Positions 26,893-39,110 of a DNA stretch of 41,312 nucleotides are shown piece by piece (position 1 is the first letter of the stretch; each line of letters opens with the position of its first letter). Position numbers and translations under genes: made by a program. The DNA comes from Paramecium tetraurelia (lineage: Eukaryota). The stretch spans positions 248,001 to 289,312 of the forward strand of contig CT868005.1 of NCBI GenBank assembly GCA_000165425.1, given 5' to 3'. The notes beneath the pieces were generated by a model. That model was not told the origin of the DNA. It searched no databases and worked only from the letters and a program-made list of their open reading frames with translations.

Positions 26893-28036
26893 ATGAAATA
26901 TTTTTTCATAATTTGGTTTGCTTATTTGACTCTCGGGAATTCAATAGTAGGAAAAAAAGCGTCAGGTAATCATAGTTATTATTTGTTAGAATAGTTCTTC
27001 CCACAAATAATGGATTGGCTTAAAAAATAAGAATAGAAGGTGGACTAAGCTTTGGCTTTCAGTGCTCTTACCAAAATAATTTAATATACAGATGAAGAAC
27101 TATTTCAAAACACTGAAAACTCAGAGTTTATCAAGGCATTTTAATAATAAGTATTCTGTTAGAGTAACATTATTAAGATATTGAAATATTGTAAAGAAAA
27201 AAAAGAGTTTGAATATGATAGGATAGGAAGCATTGAGTAATTCATAACAGATGAACTCAAGCATAACTCTAATTACTTCAAAATTATGATTAAAGACAAA
27301 GAAAAAATGATAGATCAAGATGATAAAGAATTAGAGAAAGTCAAGAAATCCATCAAAGATCATACTAAATTGCAAGATAAACTAAAAGATATTCAGGAAT
27401 TGCTCCAAGAGATTGAAATTAGTAAAATGAATTACTTATCTGATAGGTTTACAAATTGGCACTGCTGAAAAATTATATAAAACTTTGGAAGTAATTGAGT
27501 CAAAAGCAGTTATAGGGTTGTTTAAGTAACAATCTGAAGAAATATAGCTTTATTTAACTCACGTCGATTTGCTGTTCAAGACAAAAAATTTTCAATAAGA
27601 CTAAGTAATTTTTGATGTTATTTAAGTTTGAAATACTAAATCTGATTTCAATGATAAAGAACCTTTTGCTAGACATGAAATTTAATTTACAAATAAAAAT
27701 GCAGGAGGATAATATGGCTACCTTTGAAACTATGAAATTTTTTGAAAATACTAAAACTACTCATTCAATTGCATTAGATTATTTTAAGGATGAATCCATT
27801 TAGTTCTTAGGTAATATATTGTTGCTATGATTATCATAGGTAATTTAATAAAAACATGGGAATAATCATTTGAAAATTAAAATGAGATATACAAAGATAA
27901 CATAGAATTTTGTTAGATCATTGAAAAATTATCAGATGAGACATATAAGGTTGATGATTCTCTTAATTCAAACCCACAATTTAAAAAATACTCACTAAAA
28001 AAAACAGAAGTCTAATTCTTAAAGCATTCGAATTGA
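26893..28036 (+). CDS. predicted secreted coiled-coil protein
   Basis: Signal-peptide-like MKYFFIIWFAYLTLG. At least four short introns restore one frame. TGA 28034-28036. Confidence 0.72.
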
Positions 28037-28084
28037 TTTAATAGAGTTATATATATTTTATCTATATATATACATACATAAATT

Positions 28085-29500
28085 TCAATAATTTATTAAA
28101 TAATCAACTAATTTGCATGTATTTTTTTAATTATCTTTTTCTAGAGAATAGCTAATTGTTTGTTTCGTAGATCGCTTAGTAACTACAGATGAACTCTATT
28201 TTTAATAGGAAAATCTTTTGTATAAATGAGATAAGGCAGATGATAATGTTTATGGTTGTTATCTTTAAAGGCTTTTCTTTTATTATAATGATTGCTATTA
28301 TGTGAGTGAATTTTATTATTTTTGTTTTTGTTAATTCATAGATTCATTTAGTGGTGAAGGTAGTTGAAAATGCCTTTTCTTTGATTAAATAGATTTGGAA
28401 GTTCGAATTTCAAAATTTTCATGAGAAGTGTTAACTTTTAATTTGTTTTAAGAAGGTAATTCTTTTTGATACGAAGATCTTACGCGATATCTTTTGTTGG
28501 CGGAGGGACTTGAGCATTTATCTTGAAAACATGATAATACGTTATTAACTTCAAGACTAGGTTTTGCCTTAAAACTTTACTGGTGATGTTATTAGACTTG
28601 TTATTATTATTGCAATTAATGATATTATTCAACATACTTAATAATTTCTTTAGTGGATTATTAAGTTTGAAATAAGCTCTCAAACTCTCTTGTTTGTGGA
28701 ACTTATTAGGGACTTTTTTATTAATTGCCTTAATTATTTGATTCTTTTTGAAGTGATCTTGAAGAAATCAATCTAGAATCAAAACCAGATTTGATATCAC
28801 TAATGTTGCAATCCAAAATATTTTAACGAGGAGGTGATAATGCAGAGAGCTCTTCTAATTCGCTATCTATTAAATCTGCTAATTATTGTTTCTTCTTAAG
28901 TACACTTTTCTTTTTTGGTGACTTATCTACTAATTATTGGAGTTTATATTAGATCTCAGAAATATCTAGTTGAGCATCTTAATTGTCCAGTTAAAATGAT
29001 GTCGACGATTTTAATGAATTTTCATATTCTAAAAATACTGCTTAATTTAAAGAGGAATCCCTGGGTATAGATGGAATTTCTGTATAATGACTAAAAGGTG
29101 TAGATGTTTTGCTTGAATAATGTTCCTCTTAAATATTGTCAAAATTTATGAATTGATTACAATTTTTATCATCAATTTTATCATACTTGGTTGCTTTAGC
29201 TGTATAATCCATATTTTCCAATCTCCAAGGCTTTTTCTCTAAATATTTATTTATGCGTAACAAAATTAGTTGAGAGTCTGCCTTTTTTGAAATAAAATAC
29301 TCTAATTTCTGTAATCTTCTGGAATAAAACTACTCAATTTTTTTTATCATTTTGCGGAAATATTTTTCGACTTCTAAAATAGGACTACTTTGTTTTTCTT
29401 GATTTATTACTCCATAAAATAATTATTGTATTTTTAATGCAAGCGTTCGTTATGGTAAATCGTTAATTAATGATTCTAATTCGAAATAACAATCATTCAT
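28085..29500 (-). CDS. hypothetical S/K/Q-rich protein
   Basis: MNDCYFELESLINDLPQRTL... start, ends ...TCKLVDYLINY* (TGA 28085-28087). Confidence 0.62.
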
Positions 29501-29720
29501 TATTTAATATAATTAAATACTTTTAGACTAACACCTTTATTCGTTTAATATATATATATATTCAATATAATAATCAACTAGTTCTAAAACATTCACAACA
29601 TTAATATCAACAATTACAAAATTAAAAAAGAAATTAATTATATAAAAAGCATATCTTATTCTTATCAATTCAGAACGATTATGGTCGTGAAAAAAAGTTA
29701 ATAAATCGATAATTAACATA

Positions 29721-30570
29721 ATGATGAGGGATATAGTGGAGGATTTATAAGGTGTTGATAGTGATGAAGAAGGCGAAGTTTAATGTAATGTTTTTACTGA
29801 AAAACTATTAGATTAAGCAAGTGCTAGAGATGCACCATAAGCTGAATAAAATGCACGGTTTTAAAAACGGAAAGGTTCCTTTGCCTGTAGGTGCTTATAA
29901 TCCAAATAATTATTTTAATTTATAAGTAGGTGCAGAAATTAAATTATTGTTTTAGTAGATCGTTAGATATTTCTATTTCTTTAATTTAACAGAGAGTAAT
30001 ATTCTGTATTATAAATGTACAAAGTTCCTTAAATGATTTTGGACAAAATTAAATCATTTAAATCAGATTATGTGCCTTCTATAGGTGAAGCAAATGTGTT
30101 AAATAATACGAAGCTGCAATTAACCAATAGAAAAACGCTAAATTAGATTAATTGATGAGAGATTATGTCAGAGTAGCAAATAGAGGTAAAAATATCACAA
30201 TAAATGCAATTAAAAAATGCTGATAAAAATCTAAAGGAAATTACAGCCTGTTGCAGAAATACATAAAAAAAAGTAACCTCCCTCTGTTTCCTATTCTAAT
30301 ATAATGCATGATATCGAAGAATTAATGTAACTCTGCCATAAAAAATAGAAGACTAAATCTAAAGCACCTGATTATCAGTGACAACATTGATATGGACATA
30401 GAAGAATATTGTTAATCCTCCTGCAATTTGTTGGATATTCTTATTCATCCAATTACTAACAAAAGAAACATCATAGAGTCTTTGCATGTTTTATTCACAT
30501 TATTTTCAGGATTCAAAACCAATCAACATTTTAGACAAAAAAATGAAGAAATTAATGAATATAAAATTTT
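29721..30570 (+). pseudogene. IFT46: intraflagellar transport protein 46 pseudogene
   Basis: IFT46-like blocks lie in different frames: PVGAYNPNNYFNLQVGAEIKLLF, KIKSFKSDYVPSIGE, KNADKNLKEITA, EIHKKKQPPSVSYS.IM.DIEELMQ, and LLDI.IH...NIIESLHVLFTLFSGFKTNQHF. An intron-like segment at 29967-29992 starts with AT instead of GT. Confidence 0.85.
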
Positions 30571-31150
30571 GTAATATTATTTAAATCTTTATTTAAGAAA
30601 TCATTTTTGGATATCTTTACTCTAAGTAGTTAATGAATATGCTCATAATTTCAAATTGGAAATATTTTACAAAAGATTGAAAATAGAAACTAAAATCAAG
30701 CAAGTAAGATTTGAAAAATATGATATAATTTTAGAAAAGTTACGTCCAATAAATTAATTAAACAGATAATTAAATCATTTTTAATCTTTAAAGGAAATCA
30801 TTATTGGAATATTTATCTTTTTTTCTGCCAAACAAATCCAAATCAGATTAGGAGTTATTGGTGATACATATTATTCAATGCGTTAATTTCTTTTCGAAAA
30901 TATTAGAATTAAAATTCTCCTTTTAAAGAATGATTTATTCCAGAAATGAAATAAATGTAACTAAAGACAGATTAGTATTAAGTTTATTAGATATAGATAG
31001 GTTTTTCTATTTCATACAAGAATAAGAACAAAGAGAGTATTTAATATATTTAACTTTGGGTTTTTTTGGCGGAATTTTCAATTTTAAGTATTCATTAATA
31101 TTTTGTAAATCATAATAATAATTATTTTCTATTATTTTTGAAATTCCAAA

Positions 31151-32461
31151 ATGTCGACAGAAGAGGCAGTATTCCAATCATAAGTATTAGATAAAAGAAT
31201 TGATCTCACATTTGAATAAGATGAGAAATTGATAATAATTGAATTAAATCCCCAAATGGTTTAATAAGAATTAAAAGCTCAATTCCAATAATTGAATACA
31301 ATTATTATCAGATACCTCGACTATGCTCTATAAAATTGTCTGGAAATTTAATATAAAAAACATCAATTGATTATTACATCATAATAAGCAACTGTCAAAC
31401 TTACTGATAAAAGAATTGTTATGTTTACAAATGATAAAGATCAGCTGGTGGATACATAAGGAATATGGATATATTTGAATAAAAACACCTTAGATTTAAT
31501 GATTGGATATGGGGAGGCAAGGATAGAAACTTAGGTGTCTATTTATAAAATGGAGTCAGTTCAGAAAAATATCAAGGCAATCACATCTGTTGTAATTTGG
31601 CAAGAATCCATTCCCATAAATATCTTGCCAAGTCTTATGTATAACCACAAGGGTTCTCTAAGACCAGTAAGGATTCATACGAAGGATCATTTTATTCCCT
31701 CTCTTAGCGAGTCTATCTTACAAAATTGTTAAAATATTTTTCAATTGAATTAAGGAAAATAAGCTAAGCAATTGGCAGCTGAAATTGAGGATTTATATTA
31801 GTCAGCATCCTAAGTTGAATTGCAGAAAATTGAATAATCAGAAAGCTCTTAATATCCTTAGAAGGGAGCTAGATTCAGTTTAGGAGAGTTGATTCATCAT
31901 AGTGTTACAATCCCAGGATGCAAATTAAACTAAATACTCTAAAAGAAAAAAGCAACTGCTTAACAGAATGGTTTAGATCCCTATATGTCATATATAAGGT
32001 TGGGCTTAGGCCATTTTAATAAAGATTCAGCAGGTCATTAATTTGTCTTAGAAATTTGGCCTTTCAAACATTATTCATCTATCCATGATCATGCAGGATA
32101 ATATGGGTTGGTTAAGGTCTTATAAGGAGTAATTGATATAAGCATTTATGCAATTTTATCAAATGCTAAACATTTGATGAATCCGATAAAAACGCTTACA
32201 TGCAATCAAAATGATATGACATGGTTGTCTCCTAAACTAAATCAAGTTCATTAATTAAAAAACTTCTATCCATAAACAACTATAACTTTATAATGTTATA
32301 AGTATTCTCAAAAGAGTTAAAATAAAGTTAAGAATTTTGCATATGTTGCAAATGAATAATATAAAAAATTTAATCCTGTCTCAGATTTTCCAGATATAGA
32401 ATTACATTAAATTTTTAAAGAATTGGTTGCAGAATATTCTAATCTGCATACATTAAAATGA
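31151..32461 (+). CDS. intronless 3-His cupin, cysteine dioxygenase-like (436 aa, long N-terminal extension)
   Basis: Uninterrupted 1311-nt frame. FVLEIWPFKHYSSIHDHAGQYGLVKVLQG...TWLSPKLNQVHQLKN...TITLQCY, with His codons at 32084, 32090 and 32249. Confidence 0.85.
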
Positions 32462-33493
32462 TTATTTATAATGATTCATGTATAATATTTGGCTTAAAAA
32501 GTGACATTTATAATATTTATAAACAGTTGTTTAATTCCACAAATTTTTGAATTTTGCAAGGACGAAAACAACCATAAATTGAAGCTTTCCTTTTAAATTT
32601 AAATCAATTAATTATTTTACATTAATATAGTTTCAATAAATATTATAATATCTAGTAGTTGCAAAAATACATCATCTCTACAAAAAAAGCGTTTTTTGCA
32701 GCCATGTCTTCATTCCATCAAATATTTTAGAAGTAAATATTTAGAGTATATGAAAATATGTCAAAAGTTAAGGAGTAGGTGTCTTTTGCTTCCTTAAAGC
32801 TTTTAAGGGCATTTATTGAAATAAGCACAATTTTTATAAATACAAAAGCAATATTCTTCTCTAAAAAATGATTGCTGATATAAATTGAGACAATATTTCG
32901 AAATTTTATCTCGTTTTCAAAGATAAAATTGAGGTAATTAAAGACTTTAATAGTTAAGTATTAAAGGTCAATTAACACAATTAAGAATAAATTTAAAGAT
33001 TAATTTGATTGAATAGAGTAATAAAATTAATTCTAAATTCTATGACGTATATTCTTTTCCTTTTTATGTTTTACTACTTTTTCGTTATGTTTTTCTCGTT
33101 TCCTCACATTGAATCATGAAAGGAATTTTCATTTTCATTCTCCGAGAGGAAAAAATTGCTTTTCTAAATTTTTCTGTAAGATTTTCACTTAAATATATTT
33201 AAATTCCCATTTTTACTAAATCACCGTAATAATCAATAGAGATTCACTTTATTGTTCATAATGCATTAAAAGTACTTTAAGAAAATAATTTAAATTAAAA
33301 TAGAAATAAAGTTACAAATTCAGGAATAGTAAAGGGTTATTTATCTAAATATTAAATAGTAGAAATTATAAAATAATCATTTAAAGTTAAATTTGAAGTT
33401 TAAATCACATTGAATAGAACTAGATAGTCTGTATTTGTATTTATAAAAATTAATCGAACAATATCATTAAAATCCAATTTTATTTTAAATTTT

Positions 33494-34262
33494 ATGGCCA
33501 CTCAACCTCTCCTTGATACCTTGCCAACAAATTTCCATAAAATGCCATCAAATTATGATTTCTCACACAAAGGTAAATTGCATATATTTAACATTGAAAG
33601 GAGTTAATTGGAAAGATTACGAGAAAGACTTCATATTGAGAACAGACGCTGTTTGGGAAAAAGAGTAACTAAAGGATTGGTTTAGATTATATACAAAGGT
33701 AGAATAAATATAAGAAATTAGTGTGTTTATTTTTATACTACTGGAAATAAATATTCTTTGATGGAACCTGATTATATTTATAGAATCTATTCGAAGGATG
33801 TAAAAACTCCAAATCTGATTATTTAGGGGCACTTGAAGATTGCTTATTCCCATTTAGATGAACTACTCCTACTGGGAGAACAAATTGTTTCCAAGTAGGA
33901 TTACCACAAAAACAAAAAGTTTATGCGCCATATCCAACATATCAATCACAATAAGATTACTTCACTTTATACGCCCTTAGATTTTAGAAATGGTTTGATT
34001 GCGATTAAGCTGAACATTTCAAAATGGATAAAACAGAAGCAGATTACCTTAAGAGAGCTAAGGTTTATCCTTGTTACGCAATTTTTTATGAAGCTGCATA
34101 TGCTTGCACTGTAATTCATATGTTTGATTTCCTTATGGAATTAGAATATACTAGAAGATCAAACAGAACGTTTGAATATAATCACTTTCAACATGAAATG
34201 CGTAGACCTTCAACCATTTATGACTCTCTTAAAATGCAGAAAGAGTTAAAAAGACATAGTGA
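33494..34262 (+). pseudogene. COX6B: ciliate cytochrome c oxidase subunit 6B-like pseudogene
   Basis: KMPSNYDF...WKDYEKDFILRTDAVWEK...TPTGRTN...LRFQKWFDCD...YPCY.IFYEAAYAC..MFDFLMELEY.RR resembles, from memory, Tetrahymena COX6B. Frameshift near 33785-33790, in-frame TGA at 33859-33861, probable further frameshift near 34230. Confidence 0.75.
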
Positions 34263-35621
34263 TTTATTATCAAAATAAAACAAAATAATTAGAAAACTGT
34301 GTAATTTTGGTTAAAAAACTCAACAGGAAATATGCCAAACATATTTTCTTTCTATCGGGCTCGGAAAATCAAATGTATATTCTATTTTAAATAGTTAATG
34401 ATCATAATTTACATTGTTGGATCTATAAATAAATTCATCATCATCTGCCTTAAGATATTTTTATTTTGCTTTAATATAATTATATTTTCTAAACATTTTA
34501 TTCCAGAATCAGTGAATTATGTACCTAGTAAATTATGATATATTAGAATTGTTCTAAGGAATATTCATACCTATTTTACAAATGTCATTATATTCTACCA
34601 TCAGTCTAAATTAGTGAAATGATCGGGTTATTTACTTGATTTTTGAATCCTAGTTACCTTATATTATTAATATAATTAGATAACATTTTAATCAAGTATT
34701 AAGTCAGACTAAACACTTATAATTCTAGTTAATACTTTCTTTCCACTCTGCTCATCTTTAATTCTACTTTAATATATAATTCTTAAAAATGATCTAGGTG
34801 GTCTAGAATTTATTTAAAGATTTATTTTATTGCTTATTGTTTTAAAATTGAAGATTCTTACATTCGGTCTTATAGCAATGATAATTTCCAAGTTAGTCAT
34901 TCCTGCAACATAATGGATCTAATATTAATGCCAATATTTTGATTCTTTAATAATAATTCCATTATTTATTCATCATCTAACAGGGTTTTTGTATGTAGAG
35001 CTGTTCTCATTTAACAAGAATTAAGATCTTTTTATATTGCTAAATATTCTTAAACTAAATAAACATGTTTCTTTATTCAACGATTGTTAAGCAATTCATA
35101 AGAGTGTTAGAGATTGCATCCAAATTTGCTTCATTCTATTTCAAGAATAGCATTATTTTCATATGAATTAGAAAGTGATCAAATGATTATGATTAGTAAA
35201 GTGAGCTTTTGATTTATTAGCTTTTAATGACAATAGATAAAAATCTTCAAAGTATTACTCACCTTCTTCTCATAATAATATACCAATAATAAAATAATTA
35301 ATATTATTATTTTTAATAATTTTATAACATAAAAAAGTTGTATAATTTTCAATAAATTCATAATATATTATTTTATTTGATAAAAAAATAAATAAAATGA
35401 AGTTTCTAATTTGTTAGTAATTTGTCAAGGATTTTTCTTCACCAAAACAAACAATTTTGAAATTTGAATATCAATATATATGGCATTCATTTTTTATTTT
35501 CATGACTTCAGATATTCATTATCTTAGCTATTATCCTGATCTCTCATTTTAAATAGAAAGAATTAAAAGAATTTAAGAACTTTAAAAATAAGATATTATA
35601 ATTATTTTATCTTGGTAATAG

Positions 35622-38600
35622 TCAATTTGTCCATGAAAAAACTTCCGATTGATTTTCAAAAATAAAGCAACCTTTAGATTAAAATAAAGATCTTAAATCA
35701 TAACCTTAAGAATTAACAAATTCTCCTTTTAAGATTACAGCACCTTTAGCTTCCAATTGAGGATTTGGAGATAGAACTAATTTTGAAATTTAAGCTAAAT
35801 ATTAAATAATTAAAATGAATACAATTTTGTAAACAAAAATTATAGTATGATTAAATGTTAAATTCTGCTTGCTAATCTTTCTAAAGATTATTCTGAATAT
35901 TTTATCCAGTTTGGATATTCCACAAGCGAATAGAGTGATCATTACTACCAGATGCCAATGTCGTACCATCAAGTGAGAAACAGACTGAGAGAATTCCATT
36001 AGTATGGCCATTAAATTTTACTTTTTAACATCCTGTCCTAACATCCCACAATCTTATAGAGTTATCCGCGCTACCCGACGCTAATTTAGTACCATCAGGA
36101 AAGTAACAGACTGACATAACATAATTAATATGACCACCTAAGCGATCTTTTAATTATCCTGTCCTAACATCCCACAAGCAGATAGACTTATCATGACTAC
36201 CAGATGCTAATTCGGTACCATCAGGAGAGAAGCAGACTGACATAACATAATTAGAATGACCTTTTAATTTGGCTTTTTATTATCCTGTCTTAACATCCCA
36301 TAAAAGGATAGACCAATCTGCACTACCAGATGCTAATGTAGTATCATCAGGAGAGAAGTTGACTGACATAACTGCACCACTATGACCCTCTAATTTGATT
36401 TTCTATTATCCCCTCTTAACATCCCATAAACGAATAGATTTATCATAACTCCCAGATGCTAATGTACAACCAGAATTAGAGAAACAAACTGAACAAATAG
36501 CTTTAGTATGACCATCTAATTTGGCTGTTTATTATTCTGTCTAAATATCATATAATCGGATAGACTTATCATCACTACCGGAGGCTATTGTATGTCCATT
36601 AGGGGAGAAACAGACTGTACATACATCATTAGTATGGTTCTTAAATTTGACTTTTTAATCTCCTGTATTAACATCCCATAAGCATATAGATCGATCATCA
36701 CTACCCGAGGCTAACAGAGTACCATCAGGTGAGAAGCAGATAGTATTAACATTATCGCTATGACCATCTAATTTGACTGATTAAAATTCATTCTTAACCT
36801 CGTAAAAACGAATAGAGCCATCTAAACTACCAGATGCCAACGTAGTACTATCAGGAGAAAAACAGACTGATTTTACAGAATTAGTATGACCATCTAATTT
36901 TGCGACTTTTTCAAGTGTCTTAGTATTCAATAAATGTATAGAGTTATCTGAACTACCAGTTGCTAAAATTCTTCCGTTAGGAGAGAAGGAGATGAATTTG
37001 AAACCACTGTAACTTCGTAAGAAAATTTTTTATCCTCGTTTAGCTTCCCACATACCTATAGAATGATCCTTGCTAACGGATGCTAATTTAGTACCATCAG
37101 GAGAGAAACAGACAGACTATATGGAACTAGCATGATCTTCTAATTTTGCTTTTAAATATCCCATCTTAAAATCCCATAAACGGATAGACTTATCTCCACT
37201 ACCAGATGCTAATGTAATGCCATCAATAGAGAAACAAACTGACTTGACCGAATTAGCATGACCATCTAATTTGAATTTTCTATTTCCGGTCTTAACATCC
37301 CATATATGGATTGACTTGTCCTTGCTCCCAGATGCTAATATAGTACCATCATAAGATAAACAGACTGATTTGACAGAATTAGTATGACCCTCTAATTTGG
37401 CTATTTAATTTCCTGCCTTAACATCCCAAATACGAATCGAACAGTCCTTACTACCAGATGCTAATGTAATACCATCAGGAGAGAAACAAACAGACTTGAC
37501 AGAATTCGTATGACCGTTTAATTTTTTTTTTAAAGATCCTGAATTAACATCCCATATACAGATAGACTTGTCCTTGCTACCAGAAGCTAATGTAATACCA
37601 TCATGAGAGAAGCAGATAGATTAAACAGCATCACTATGACCCTCTTATTTGGTTGTATATTATGTCATCATGACATCCCATATACGAATACACTTATCCC
37701 TGCTACCTGATACTAATGTTGTACCATCAGGAGAGAAGCTGATTGATTTGATAGAATTAGTATGACCATCTAATTTGGCTTTTTATAATCCTGCCTTAAC
37801 ATCCCATATACGGATTGACTTATCCTTGCTACCAGATGCTAACGTATTATTAGGAGAGAACCTGACTGACTAGACAGAATTGGTATGACCATCTAATTTA
37901 GCTTTTTAATATCCTGTTTTAACATCCCATATCCGAATGGAACAATCCTTGCTGCCAGATGCTAGTGTAATACCATCGCGAGAGAAACTGACTGACTCTA
38001 CAGAATCAGCATGACCATCTAATTTGAATTTTTTATATCCTGTTCTAACATCCCATATATGGATAGACTTGTCCTTGCTTCCAGATGCTAATATAGTACC
38101 ATCATAAGATAAACAGACTGATTTGACAGAATTAGTATGACCCTTTAATTTGGCTTTTTATTTTCCTGCCTTAAAATCCCAAATACGAATCGAACAGTCC
38201 TTACCACCAGATACTAATGTAATACCATCAGGAGAGAAACAAACCGACTTGACAGAATTCATATGACCATCTAATTTGGTTTTTTAATATCCTGTCTAAA
38301 CATCCCATATACAGATAGAACCACGACTACAAGAAGCTAACGTAATCCCATCAGGAGAGAAACAAATAGATTTAACCAAATAACCATATAATTTGACTTT
38401 TTTTTCTCCTTTCTTTATATCCCAAATATAAACATATTCTAAATCACTAAATGCTAATGTTGTACCATCAGGAGAGAAACAGATAGAATGAATCCTTAAT
38501 GGATCATCCAATTTATTTAGTTCATCTATTCTTATATTCTTCCATTTACAATTGAGCAACAATGCTCCATTCAAGTTTATTCCTAGAATAATGACATTAT

Positions 38601-39110
38601 CAAATTCAGACCCACTCAAGTCACATCTGAAAAAATTCGCACCACACAATGAAGTATTGTTAATTTTAATGTTTTCAAAACATTATCTCTTCAAATCAAC
38701 CTTCATTTCAACTAATAAATGAAGAGAATTTGATCCACTTTGAATGAATCTAATATCTATAGAAGTTAGATGTACTAAATATTTTAAGAATGCAATTATA
38801 TTTTAGTCACACAATATTTTTTCAATTAGATCATGTTTTTTTTTAATATTAACGTCTGAGTAGTAATTTTTGTTATTGAAATCATGATTTTTAATTTTAT
38901 ACATTATTTTAATAAGACACTTAATATCCTTATTGAACTTCTCTTTGTTATACTTTTACTTTAAACCTTCAAGTAGATTGTGCTTTGCCCAGTTTTCATC
39001 TTTTGATAAAAAGCTTAAAGAATCTGAAATATTTTCTTTTTTAAGAATTTTAATGATTAGCTCGAAGCTTGAGTTATTAATATCTTTTGAAGAAGAATAA
39101 AACTTCAAAC
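35622..39110 (-). CDS. pentapeptide-repeat + 21x WD40 protein, 5' end unresolved or degenerate
   Basis: Open frame from about 39110 through [19 protein letters not shown], pentapeptides ([27 protein letters not shown]) and 21 WD40 repeats. A 28-nt intron precedes the tail [28 protein letters not shown] at 35622-35624. No clean start upstream of the NN at 39112-39113. Confidence 0.85.
35905..38510 (-). repeat. tandem ~126-nt WD40-coding repeats (21 units) with high internal similarity
   Basis: Recurrent plus-strand units catccca...ctaccagatgctaa...ccatcaggagagaa...atgaccatctaattt. Protein consensus [35 protein letters not shown]. Confidence 0.95.

Noticed and set aside
32704..33450. Short ORF (MSSFHQIFQKQ..., about 55 aa) and coding-like sequence after it
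   Set aside because: No recognisable motif and no extendable frame. It may be a relic but cannot be supported.
33859..33861. In-frame TGA considered as selenocysteine or stop readthrough
   Set aside because: It co-occurs with frameshifts in the same gene, so pseudogenisation is the simpler explanation.
29721..34262. Retained IESs as the explanation for the broken IFT46 and COX6B frames
   Set aside because: The lesions are small indels, deletions and substitutions rather than discrete TA-bounded insertions.
34420..35300. Minus-strand coding-like fragments, possibly another decayed gene
   Set aside because: Multiple TGA stops and no identifiable family motif.
35905..38510. Regularly spaced repeats considered as a CRISPR-like array or satellite
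   Set aside because: They are in-frame 42-codon WD40 units without unique spacers, in a eukaryotic gene.
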